Origin: Candidatus Promineifilaceae bacterium
GTDB taxonomy: Bacteria; Chloroflexota; Anaerolineae; Promineifilales; Promineifilaceae
Length of the DNA stretch: 64,000 bases
Reading direction: 5' to 3'
NCBI GenBank assembly: GCA_049614105.1
Contig: JBMZDF010000001.1
Span: 24,338 to 88,337 of the forward strand
Position numbers and translations under genes: made by a program. This document shows, piece by piece, positions 16,761 through 25,549 of this stretch (positions are counted from its first letter, which is position 1; every line of letters begins with the position of its first letter). The notes under the pieces were generated by a model, which was given only the letters and a program-made list of their open reading frames with translations, ran no database searches and was not told the DNA's origin.

Positions 16761-18845
16761 ATGTTGCAGACAATGAGCTGGACAAAAGCCGATCTTGGCA
16801 ACGGCATACACCTTTTGGCGCAGCGGGCGGGGTTATCGGCTGGCGCGTCGAATGAGGGGAGTGTTTCGGCCGAAACAAGCACCATCCCACATCTTGCGGC
16901 TTCCCTTGGACTCACCGCACAAGCGGTGAACTGGCGCTATCGCGATTATCGCATGCTGCTCCAGCTTGCCGCGCCTGCTGTCTTGCAGGTTGAAATTTCG
17001 GCCGAAATTCGCTACCTCCTGTTGCTCCGCCGTGGGCAAAAACAAATCACACTGCTCACCCCTGACCAAAAACAGGTGCGTTTACCGATCGCAACCCTGT
17101 TAGCACCACTGCAAGCGCAAGAAGCTGGCTCGCTCGGCGCAGAGGCCGATGCGCTGCTTGCCAAAACGCAGTTGCCAAGCGACCGCATCCCAATTGCCCG
17201 CGCCGCGTTGCTGGCTGAACAGCTCAACGGCAAACAACTGTCAGGCTGCTGGCTGCTCCAACCCGCCGCAAATGCCTCCCTTTGGCAACGATTGCGGCAA
17301 ACGCGCCTCATGCGCCACCTGCTCACCATTTTTAGCACCGCCGTCACCCAACAAGCATTGACCTTGGGGGCTTGGTACATGATCGGCCGCAGCGCCCTGC
17401 GACAGCATTTTGAGCCGTTTGTGGTCGCCGCATGGATTTTATTGTTGCTCACCGTCATTCCTGTGCAAATGACGGGGCTGTGGGCGCAGTCGGTTTTGGC
17501 CCTCGACACTGGCAAATTGTTTCGCTCACGGCTGCTGCGCGGCATTCTCAATCTGCGCCCCAACGACATTCGCCATCAAGGATCGGGTCAATTTTTAGAG
17601 CGCGTGATGCAAACAGAATCGTTTCAGTCGCTGCTGCTGGGGGGGGGGCTGACCATTCTGCTTGCGTTGATACAGCTCGTTTCAGCTTTTGTTGTGCTAT
17701 CGCTCGGTGCAGGTGGATGGCTACATGCTTTCTCGCTTGCTGGCTGGATGATGCTGACTGGGCTGGTGATTGCTCGATATACTTTTGCTTACAATCGCTG
17801 GTCTGACACGTATCGCAGCCTTACCAATGATCTCGTTGAGCGTATGGTGGGGCAGCGCACGCGGCTGGCGCAAGCGTCCCAGGCAACATGGCACGTGGCG
17901 GAGGATGCCCAGCTTGAGCAGTATCAACAAACGACGCAGCAGGTTGATCGGTGGCAGTTAGTGCTGAATGCGCTTGTCAATCGTGGCTGGTTAGTTGTTG
18001 GATTGGCAGGCATTGCGCTGCCGTTTGTCAGTGAGACGCCTGATGCGACGCACCTTGCGATCAGTTTGGGCGGCATTGTGTTGGCCAGCGGGGCGCTGTC
18101 GGCTATTTCAGCAGGCGTGTTGAGTTTGGCGCGGGTGATGAAAACGTGGCGTGATATTGGCCCGCTGCTGCAAGCGGCTGCAACGTCGGCGGAAAATCGT
18201 GAGATTGTGCTTGATACGACGGCGTCGGCGGGTGGGGCGTTGGTAGTGGCGCGGGATATTGAGTTTAATTATCGGCCGAATGCCAAACCAGTTTTCAGCG
18301 GCATAAACCTTGATATTGCGCACGGCGACCGACTTCTGCTTGAAGGTGCGTCGGGCGGTGGCAAATCAACCTTCGCCAGCTTGTTGATGGGGTTGCGCCA
18401 GCCAACTTCGGGCTTGCTATTGCTGCATGGTCTTGACCAGCCAACAATGGGATTAACCAACTGGCGGCAGCGTGTTGTGGCCGCCCCGCAGTTCCACGAA
18501 AATCATATTTTGACCGAGACGTTTGCTTTTAATTTGTTGATGGGACGGCGTTGGCCCGCCACTGAGGAGGATTTGCGAGCGGCCGCGCAAATTTGCTACG
18601 AGCTAGGTCTTGGTGATCTGCTAGAACGGATGCCGAGCGGGATGCAGCAGATGATTGGCGAGGGTGGCTGGCAGTTGTCGCATGGTGAGCGGAGTCGGCT
18701 ATTTATTGCGCGAACGTTGTTGCAAAATGCCGATCTTATCGTGCTTGATGAGAGCTTTGCGGCACTCGATCCAGCTAATTTGCGGCTGGCGATTGAGTGC
18801 GTTCTGCGGCGAGCGCCAACACTGCTTGTAATTGCTCACCCCTAA
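16761..18845 (+). CDS. ABC exporter, fused TMD-NBD, partner of the C39 exporter
   Basis: It has Walker A GASGGGKST, signature LSHGERSR and Walker B LIVLDES. The start is set at MLQTMSW because the TTG-initiated extension from 16671 contains the hairpin repeat. Confidence 0.75.
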   Translation: MLQTMSWTKADLGNGIHLLAQRAGLSAGASNEGSVSAETSTIPHLAASLGLTAQAVNWRYRDYRMLLQLAAPAVLQVEISAEIRYLLLLRRGQKQITLLTPDQKQVRLPIATLLAPLQAQEAGSLGAEADALLAKTQLPSDRIPIARAALLAEQLNGKQLSGCWLLQPAANASLWQRLRQTRLMRHLLTIFSTAVTQQALTLGAWYMIGRSALRQHFEPFVVAAWILLLLTVIPVQMTGLWAQSVLALDTGKLFRSRLLRGILNLRPNDIRHQGSGQFLERVMQTESFQSLLLGGGLTILLALIQLVSAFVVLSLGAGGWLHAFSLAGWMMLTGLVIARYTFAYNRWSDTYRSLTNDLVERMVGQRTRLAQASQATWHVAEDAQLEQYQQTTQQVDRWQLVLNALVNRGWLVVGLAGIALPFVSETPDATHLAISLGGIVLASGALSAISAGVLSLARVMKTWRDIGPLLQAAATSAENREIVLDTTASAGGALVVARDIEFNYRPNAKPVFSGINLDIAHGDRLLLEGASGGGKSTFASLLMGLRQPTSGLLLLHGLDQPTMGLTNWRQRVVAAPQFHENHILTETFAFNLLMGRRWPATEEDLRAAAQICYELGLGDLLERMPSGMQQMIGEGGWQLSHGERSRLFIARTLLQNADLIVLDESFAALDPANLRLAIECVLRRAPTLLVIAHP

Positions 18846-18865
18846 CGCAACGAATCTCGTTGCGT
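18845..18865. repeat. ACGCAACGA-N3-TCGTTGCGT hairpin, family copy 2, terminator-like position
   Basis: It lies immediately after the ABC gene stop codon. Confidence 0.8.
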
Positions 18866-19017
18866 TTGCAAAATAAACTGTATCTGCCAAAAGGCGATAA
18901 GACGTTAAAATAATGAAAAGTGATTGAAATAAATGCGATCTTGATACCAGTGTTTTTACCAAGTCGCTTAACCTGATGAAATTGTGCGCGGAACAGTTTC
19001 ACGACAAAGGAAACAAC

Positions 19018-19194
19018 ATGAAGAAAACAAAAAACAAAAAACAGGCACAGTTAAAAGTAAACACAAATGTACGTGCGGGTTTTAGCTTCAATGCATTCGT
19101 TGACAATTTGCAAGCGTTTGCTACCGATGTTGGCGACGCGGCACAGGGTGCTGTGGCTGGTGCGAAAGACGCAATAGCGGATAACGTTGTATAG
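19018..19194 (+). CDS. Small (58 aa) Lys-rich/Ala-Gly-rich peptide of unknown function
   Basis: The peptide is MKKTKNKKQAQLKVNTNVRAGFSFNAFVDNLQAFATDVGDAAQGAVAGAKDAIADNVV. An aaagga RBS lies 6 nt upstream and a 13-bp hairpin follows. Confidence 0.45.
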   Translation: MKKTKNKKQAQLKVNTNVRAGFSFNAFVDNLQAFATDVGDAAQGAVAGAKDAIADNVV

Positions 19195-19225
19195 GCGATT
19201 ATCAAAGATCATTCCCTCGAATTGA

Positions 19226-19255
19226 AAGCTCAACTTTCTGCTGAAAGTTGAGCTT
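19226..19255 (+). terminator. 13-bp perfect hairpin after the small peptide gene, with no T-run
   Basis: The structure is aagctcaactttc-tgct-gaaagttgagctt. Confidence 0.45.
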
Positions 19256-19454
19256 CCTGTCTATCATGGCGTTTTCATCATTTAATTGACATACTTGCCG
19301 TGCAAAAATGCCTGCACCCACCTTCTTTTTCAGATGAAACCAAGTGCGCCACAAAAAGTTTTGATCAGTTCTGAGCACATGTGTGTTTCATTTCTACCCG
19401 ACAGAGACAGGGTTTTCATAGGCTAAAATTTAAAAACGACAAGGGGAAATTTTC

Positions 19455-19628
19455 ATGTCAGCTCTAGCAATATTTCTTTCAGGTGCATTTGTTGGTAGTA
19501 GTGTCAAGTGGATTTGTGATGAGTGGCAGTTGCGCTCGCAGAACGCGCAGGTTGCAAATACAGACGATGATCTGTTAGCCCATGACAAACTATCTGATAA
19601 CCCACCTGTGGCTCCTACAAACTCATAG
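19455..19628 (+). CDS. Possible 57-aa small membrane protein, below the ORF-track length cutoff
   Basis: The peptide MSALAIFLSGAFVGSSVKWICDEW... follows an aaggggaaa RBS 7 nt upstream of the ATG. It conflicts with the 86-aa minus-strand track ORF, which has no such signal. Confidence 0.3.
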   Translation: MSALAIFLSGAFVGSSVKWICDEWQLRSQNAQVANTDDDLLAHDKLSDNPPVAPTNS

Positions 19629-19684
19629 GCATCGTGTACGTCACAGTCTGAGTTCTCTAAATCACTTTCCATAAGTTTTATCCC

Positions 19685-20803
19685 ATGCAATCTCTCGATC
19701 TCGATCTGCTGTTACAAATCGCCTCACAGATTACCTGGGTCTTTTTCTCAGTCTATGTCGTCACTGTTACTATTCGGTCGGCAATTCGACACGGTATTCT
19801 GCGTGCAGGTCTCGAACTGCTGACCTTTCGCGTTCTCCTGCCGCTCATGTTGCCGATTGTTATGTCGTTGATCAGCATGTCGGTCGTTTTTGTGCATCCA
19901 CAGCAGGTTGGCGTCGTTGTGTCGATTATGCTGCCTGGTGGTGTGCGTCCAGAGGCAATGCCGGCTGGTCTGCACTTCATCATCCCTCTGATCGAATATG
20001 AGGTAATCTATCCAATTTCTTGGCAAACATATACGATGTCAAGCAAAGTCGGCGAAGGAAACGTTCTGGGCGATGACTCAATTCGCGCTCGTACAAGCGA
20101 CGGGCAGGAAGTTCTAATCGACACGTCCGTGATTTTCCGCATCGATCGCGAACAAGCCGTGACGCTTTATATCGACTGGCAAGAACGGTACATCGAAGAT
20201 TTTATGCGCCCTGTGTTGCGCGGCTATGTGCGCCGCCAAGTGTCACAATTCACGGTTGAGGAAGTTAACAGCTCATCACGGCGCGATCTTGAAGCATTAC
20301 TTGATCGCCTGTTGCTAGATGAATTTGAGGATAAAGGCTTGGTTCTCGATCAGTTTTTGTTGCGCGATATTGCGTTTTCGCCAGAGTATGCGCTAGCGGT
20401 TGAGAAGAAACAGGTGGCGCTAGAAGGGCAACAACAAACGCTGTATGAGGCACAACAAGCGATCAACATTGCCACAGGCAACGCCAGCGCGATTGAAATT
20501 GAGGCAAACGGACGGGCAACAGCGATCAAACTGGAAGCGGAAGCGGAAGCAGAGGCCTTAAAGCTGATTGCGGCAGCATTGGAAACAAACGACCAGCTAC
20601 TGACGTATGCGTATATTGAGCAACTCGCCCCCAACATTGATGTTATGTTGCTTCCAAACGACGCACCGTTCCTCTTTCCACTGCCTGACCTTAAACAAAA
20701 TGATGTGGTGACACAAACGATTACCACCACAGTCGAAGAAACGCTCGAAATCGTGCCTCCCCCATTTCTGACACCTGTGCCAGAAAATGCTATTAAGGAA
20801 TAA
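19685..20803 (+). CDS. SPFH/band-7 (prohibitin/HflC-like) membrane protein
   Basis: Two N-terminal hydrophobic segments are followed by GLHFIIPLIEYEVIYPISWQTYTM...DGQEVLIDTSVIFRI...LLRDIAFSPEYALAVEKKQVA and an Ala/Glu coiled coil. Confidence 0.8.
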   Translation: MQSLDLDLLLQIASQITWVFFSVYVVTVTIRSAIRHGILRAGLELLTFRVLLPLMLPIVMSLISMSVVFVHPQQVGVVVSIMLPGGVRPEAMPAGLHFIIPLIEYEVIYPISWQTYTMSSKVGEGNVLGDDSIRARTSDGQEVLIDTSVIFRIDREQAVTLYIDWQERYIEDFMRPVLRGYVRRQVSQFTVEEVNSSSRRDLEALLDRLLLDEFEDKGLVLDQFLLRDIAFSPEYALAVEKKQVALEGQQQTLYEAQQAINIATGNASAIEIEANGRATAIKLEAEAEAEALKLIAAALETNDQLLTYAYIEQLAPNIDVMLLPNDAPFLFPLPDLKQNDVVTQTITTTVEETLEIVPPPFLTPVPENAIKE

Positions 20804-20805
20804 GT

Positions 20806-21543
20806 ATGGAGCATAAAGCACCCCAATTGAGTCGTATCAGTCAGAAACAACTGTTGGTCGATAAATTCTTAACTTGGATGCCTGCTAGCGATGCAACCGC
20901 TTGGCTGAGAGCCTTGTCTGCAACTGAGCAGGCGACAGCCATCCACGAGATCGCCGCGTTTTGCCAAGATGCGGGCTTTGAGTTGTCGTGGGTTGTCGAA
21001 AACCAAATCGGCAATGAGCAGTTGGCCGATCTGTTGAAGCAGTCCGTGTTGCGTAGCGTCGAAACGCTGCACAGCGCCAGCATCGCGCAGCCGTTGCTAA
21101 CAACGTACACGGCACTCGTCAAATGGTTAAACAACCCGATCAAGCGTGGCTATCGTAAACAAACGCGCCAAATTTATATTCGGCTAGTCGAACAAGGCGT
21201 CATTGCAAATGCAGACGCAGCTATTTTGCTCAATAGTGACAAATTGCGCTGGGACTATGTTCAGAAAGCGCTGTTGACGGCGTACCGTGAGGACGCGGCA
21301 GCGGTTGAATCGGCCGTGCAAGCAATCATCGTTAATGAGCCAGAGGCGGCTGAAACGCCGCAGCGGGCGTGGTGGTATTTCAGCCACAGGATAACCATCA
21401 TGCCGATTGGAATTGTGGAAACAGCCCTCGTTCTAACATTGGCACGTGGCGCACAGGGGCGCATTCGCAAACGGCGGCGACGTAAACGCCGCCGACAATT
21501 TTTTCACGCTCAGCGTTCACTGAGCAAACAGGAGTCACAATGA
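20806..21543 (+). CDS. Uncharacterised paralog family X, copy 1, with a C-terminal hydrophobic segment and a poly-Arg/Lys tail
   Basis: It shares the core W(L)..L...E......FC...GF.L.WVVE.QI..E.L... and the region ...YR(K/P)(Q/K)T(R/Q)..Y..L..(Q/D)GVI with 33790, 37509(-) and 38561. Confidence 0.6.
   Translation: MEHKAPQLSRISQKQLLVDKFLTWMPASDATAWLRALSATEQATAIHEIAAFCQDAGFELSWVVENQIGNEQLADLLKQSVLRSVETLHSASIAQPLLTTYTALVKWLNNPIKRGYRKQTRQIYIRLVEQGVIANADAAILLNSDKLRWDYVQKALLTAYREDAAAVESAVQAIIVNEPEAAETPQRAWWYFSHRITIMPIGIVETALVLTLARGAQGRIRKRRRRKRRRQFFHAQRSLSKQESQ
21472..21504 (+). terminator. Intragenic GC-rich hairpin plus T-run, terminator-like, inside the poly-Arg coding segment
   Basis: cggcggcg (21472-21479) and cgccgccg (21487-21494) flank the loop acgtaaa, followed by acaa and tttttt (21499-21504). 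Confidence 0.35.
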
Positions 21544-21977
21544 TTACACTCACTTCAATCCTTACTTTTGTATCTGGCTCGCTGATTGGCGGATTCTGTA
21601 CTCGCCAGGTACGTCGCTGGCGGCAACAACGTACGGTAGTTATGCTGAAGGAACCTACCCCAAACGAGCCTATACTGACTGACCCTGTTGTAAACGCGCC
21701 TGTTTTAGAGGAGCCGACACCAAACGAGCCAGTCTTGGTTGAATCTACACCAGATGAGCCTGTTGATGTCCCTGAAGCGAAAGAGGATAATCTTCAACAA
21801 ATTGCGGGCATCGGCAGGGTCTATGCAAAACGGCTGCAAGCGGCAGGTATTCGTTCATTTGCCGATCTCGCGCAACGTACACCACAAGAAATCGTCGCTT
21901 TTGTTACAGCAAGCGGCACGCCGCAACCTAACGTTGAGCCATGGATTATTGATGCAGCACGACTTGCTGCGGCCTAA
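21540..21977 (+). CDS. Membrane-anchored Pro-rich protein with a C-terminal helix-hairpin-helix motif
   Basis: It has an N-terminal TM, EPTPNEP(I/V)L repeats, and IAGIGRVYAKRLQAAGIRSFADLA (HhH-like). Its ATGA overlaps the upstream gene. Confidence 0.6.
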   Translation: MITLTSILTFVSGSLIGGFCTRQVRRWRQQRTVVMLKEPTPNEPILTDPVVNAPVLEEPTPNEPVLVESTPDEPVDVPEAKEDNLQQIAGIGRVYAKRLQAAGIRSFADLAQRTPQEIVAFVTASGTPQPNVEPWIIDAARLAAA

Positions 21978-22017
21978 TGTTGAGTCTCTTGTTAACATCT
22001 TTTAATAACTAAAAATT

Positions 22018-23397
22018 ATGACGCTTACGCAGTCTCTAGCACCACGCCCGATCACACAGGCACGCACCGTTTTATCTCGTTGGTGGCAAAAAACGCTTGC
22101 CCCGGCTGTTGATCGACTGGTGATGGAATCGGCCGAACATAATCAGACCCTCTCTACAGCAAGCGTTGGCCTGTCTGCTGCAAGCGTTATTTTCTTCCCA
22201 CCGCTCAAGCTACTTATTGCCCCAACGTTGTTGTTGACCGCCCTACCAGCTTGTCAGACCATGATCGAAACATGGCGGCGCGACAAAGCGGTTCACAACC
22301 ATACGCTCAAGGTTTTGCTGACGGGTGGACTGATCGCGACTAATCACCTGTTAGTGGGTGCGGTTGGGACGTGGCTGCTTACCCAATGTGATAACAACAC
22401 CACTGAAACAGATGGCCCACCATTGACGTTATCGGGGTTAGCAATTGGGGTGCTGGCTTTGCCCGTTGCAGGTGTTTCAGGTGGTTTGGCCGCGTTGTTT
22501 GCCGCTGCGGGCTATGATGCGCTGAAACCAATTGCCGCCCCGCTGCATAACAAACATGACATGGTGGTGCGTAATTTGCCCGCTGCATTACGATTGCCCA
22601 CAGTGGATGTGGTGCTGCTCGATCAGAACTGTTTGGTGCAAACAGAGCTGTTGGGCGTACAAGCCTATGGTCATCATGCGCCAGATGAGATTATCTACTT
22701 CGCCATGCTGGCCGCGACGCCAACGCTGCCCGCAACATTACGCAAACATTTCCCCCAGCTTGTCCCTGACACACACCAGATCGACGTGCTGCTCAGACCA
22801 GCATTAGACACACAGGATTTTGATAGTTGCCCAGAGGCCATCGCCATGCAGCGCCTTGAAGTTGTTGTGAGCGGTCACAGCATTGGCGCACTTGATCTGA
22901 CGTATGTGCCGCTCCCGCAAGCGCGGCTGTTGCTGCACGCTTTGCGCGAAAAGGGGTTCACAACACAGCTACTGTCTAATCTATCTGAGCCGCAAACGGC
23001 TAAATTAGCGTCTGAATTTGATATAGATGCGTATCAGGCTGAGCTTTCCACCGATGATAAGCGTCTGCAAATTTTTACCTTGCAGCAGAATGGTCAAACG
23101 GTTTGTTTTATAGGACGTGAACAGGTGATCGCTTCCGATCTCACGCTGTCACTTGAAGCAGGGTCATTAGATTCGGATGTTTCGCTGTCTGAGAACGCAT
23201 TACCTCAGTTGTTGTCTCATGTTGAACAGCAGACACGGCAGCTCAATCTGTTCAAGCGGCTGCGCGTTGTGCCTGTTGCGTTGACAACGGGCAGTATCTT
23301 TTTCTTTCATTGGGGACTCCCTGCGGCGGTGACTGTGCAGGCAGTGGGGTGGTTTGGCTATCAGTTGTTGGCAGCGTCCCGGCGACGTGGTTCGTGA
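22018..23397 (+). CDS. Degenerate P-type-ATPase-like membrane protein with no actuator domain and lost catalytic motifs
   Basis: The N-terminal TM pair aligns with 10014 and 39505. The DKTGT position reads LLDQNCLVQ and the GDGxND position reads FIGREQVIASD. No TGES region is present. Confidence 0.6.
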   Translation: MTLTQSLAPRPITQARTVLSRWWQKTLAPAVDRLVMESAEHNQTLSTASVGLSAASVIFFPPLKLLIAPTLLLTALPACQTMIETWRRDKAVHNHTLKVLLTGGLIATNHLLVGAVGTWLLTQCDNNTTETDGPPLTLSGLAIGVLALPVAGVSGGLAALFAAAGYDALKPIAAPLHNKHDMVVRNLPAALRLPTVDVVLLDQNCLVQTELLGVQAYGHHAPDEIIYFAMLAATPTLPATLRKHFPQLVPDTHQIDVLLRPALDTQDFDSCPEAIAMQRLEVVVSGHSIGALDLTYVPLPQARLLLHALREKGFTTQLLSNLSEPQTAKLASEFDIDAYQAELSTDDKRLQIFTLQQNGQTVCFIGREQVIASDLTLSLEAGSLDSDVSLSENALPQLLSHVEQQTRQLNLFKRLRVVPVALTTGSIFFFHWGLPAAVTVQAVGWFGYQLLAASRRRGS

Positions 23398-23561
23398 AGC
23401 GCTTTTCTCTAATTGGTAATTATCAATTATTCATTATCCGTTGTTTTCGGCACTGTTTTGATGTGGTTACTCTGGCAATCCTAACTACCTATGAGTTGTT
23501 ACCAATTGATAACGGATAACGGATAACGACCAATGAAGCATTATCACCACTGTTGAGTGCG

Positions 23562-25406
23562 TTAACTATATAGCTCTGCAAATGCTTCACCTAGTGCTTC
23601 CTGAAAGGTGTTGCGTTCTTGCCACGTAAGTGTTTCGTACAAATGATGACGTACAAGCGGGTGTTGAAAACGGTAGCGGGCGTAGCGTTGTCGATTGATG
23701 ATGAGCGGTTGTTGCTCGATGAGGAGACGATAGCGGCGCACCAGTTCTCCCAGTTGGTGTGCAAGCGTTTGCGAGGTGATGTGACAAACTGTGCCAATGG
23801 CATCAGCGGTAAACTCCTCACCTTCGACGCTGGCGGCACGCAACAGATAACAGAGTGATTCGGGCAAAACACCAACCCAACGTGTTAGGAGGGCTTCGAT
23901 TTCGGCCGAAACTAAATCCTCCCAAACCACATCCTTCACCAACATCCACGCCCCTTTACTATCACGCTCTACATAAGATTGAGCCTGTAACGTGCGCCAT
24001 ACCTGCACCACAATGGCAGGATGCCCACACGTAAAACGGTAAAACTGTCTGCGAAAAGCAAACGGTAGTGTATTTGGCTCGTTATCAAGCTTGGCATCTA
24101 TAAACCTTAAACCGTCCTGTTGCCACACCGCATCGAGATCAATCATGGCACTGTGTTGGGCTTGTAGCACAGGCGTCACATCCCAATGTGAGCGATAGGA
24201 ACCGATCAACATAATCTGCTGCGATCCAAGACGGGTTGCAAGCTGTTCAAAAAGCAACTGTGATGCGGTATCGGCCCACTGCAAATCGTCTATGACCAAA
24301 AGCAACGTTGTGCGCTGAACCATTGTTTCCAGCAGTTGGATCAGTTGAGATATGGTTGGGTAGGTGTTTTGCGGCCAGTTTAACCCAAGCTGTGCAAATA
24401 GGTGTTGTACAGAGGTATAGGGCTGTGTCCCGTTTTGTTGGCACGCTGTTTTTGCGCTGATTAATGTGCTGTGGGCCAAGATCGCCTGTTCGGTGAAGGT
24501 GTGTAACAGGCAGCTTTTGCCGCTGCCCGTTTGCCCTTTGATAAGAGCTAGCTGACCTTGCCCATGTCGTGTTTGGGTCAGCAGTTGGGTAAGCTGGTCA
24601 AGCTGGGTGTCTCGGCCGAGACAGCGGCTTATTTCGGCCGATTGTGTTTCGCCCATAGCAGGCAGCGGCGGGAGTTTTCCAAGTTTGATCTGATTGTAGA
24701 GCGTGGATGTTTCAGCCGAAACATCCACATCAACCTCTCTCCGCAGCGCCGTCACACAGCGATCATACTGCGCGATGGCCCCCGCCATATCTCCGTTACG
24801 CGCCTTGATTTCCATCAATAGCCGATGCCCGCCCTCATGATACGGTTGAAGCTGTAGCAGACGGGCCGCCGCTGCTTCTGTCTCATCCGTTCGCTGCTGC
24901 ACCCAATAACGATGCGCCACCACCAACCACCCCTTGAGCGCCAGTTGATACAGTCGCTCACGTTGTGTAATGACCCACTGCTCAAAAATTGGCGCATCTG
25001 GGACATAGAACTGCTGTAGAAAGTCGCCCTGATATTGTTGCAATGCATGGTGTAAAGTCGGTAGTGCGATCTGATGCAGATTGCCCGTCAACACCCGCTC
25101 AAACAGTGCAACATCGACCAGATGCGGCAACGTAACGTTAAACTCAACTGTATGGTGAGAAATAAGCAGGGTTTTGGGAAGATGTTGGCGCAACGATGGG
25201 AGAACATTACGCAGGTTTTTCTTGGCTTGAGCTGCGTCTGCGCTTGACCAGAACATTTTGCCAAGAAAATCACGTGCATGAATGCCTTTACACAAAGCGG
25301 TGTAGTAAAGCAGCGCCTGCGCCTTTTTCGGCAGCCGTTGTTGTCGCTGTTGTTCACCCCATGTAATTGTTGGCTCGCCTAACTGGCGAATGTACAGTTC
25401 ATCCAT
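23562..25406 (-). CDS. SARP-type regulator: OmpR-like wHTH, BTAD and a P-loop ATPase
   Basis: The N-terminal winged-helix region is followed by BTAD-like helices (...LLQLQPYHEGGHRLLMEIKARNGDMAGAIAQYDRCVTALRREV) and Walker A GQTGSGKS. Confidence 0.75.
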   Translation of the reverse strand: MDELYIRQLGEPTITWGEQQRQQRLPKKAQALLYYTALCKGIHARDFLGKMFWSSADAAQAKKNLRNVLPSLRQHLPKTLLISHHTVEFNVTLPHLVDVALFERVLTGNLHQIALPTLHHALQQYQGDFLQQFYVPDAPIFEQWVITQRERLYQLALKGWLVVAHRYWVQQRTDETEAAAARLLQLQPYHEGGHRLLMEIKARNGDMAGAIAQYDRCVTALRREVDVDVSAETSTLYNQIKLGKLPPLPAMGETQSAEISRCLGRDTQLDQLTQLLTQTRHGQGQLALIKGQTGSGKSCLLHTFTEQAILAHSTLISAKTACQQNGTQPYTSVQHLFAQLGLNWPQNTYPTISQLIQLLETMVQRTTLLLVIDDLQWADTASQLLFEQLATRLGSQQIMLIGSYRSHWDVTPVLQAQHSAMIDLDAVWQQDGLRFIDAKLDNEPNTLPFAFRRQFYRFTCGHPAIVVQVWRTLQAQSYVERDSKGAWMLVKDVVWEDLVSAEIEALLTRWVGVLPESLCYLLRAASVEGEEFTADAIGTVCHITSQTLAHQLGELVRRYRLLIEQQPLIINRQRYARYRFQHPLVRHHLYETLTWQERNTFQEALGEAFAELYS

Positions 25407-25549
25407 TGTTGTCGCCTGGATATATTGTGGGGCAAGGTTAACGCCTCGTATAGACTCTTAACGCAACTAGAGCGCAACGAAGTCTTGCTATCTACAAGGA
25501 TTGGGAGTTATATGCCCTGAGCTGACTGATTTTCCAGCGAAAAGATAGG

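Noticed and set aside
16628-16890. Mutually overlapping N-terminal extensions of the minus-strand 236-aa ORF and the plus-strand 724-aa ORF
   Set aside because: The two extensions overlap each other across a region holding an intergenic-type hairpin repeat. The shorter starts leave a normal divergent promoter region. The exact starts remain uncertain.
19430-19690. An 86-aa minus-strand ORF upstream of the SPFH gene
   Set aside because: It has no RBS and runs against the flanking plus-strand genes. A plus-strand 57-aa ORF with a good RBS occupies the same DNA and is the better, though still weak, call.
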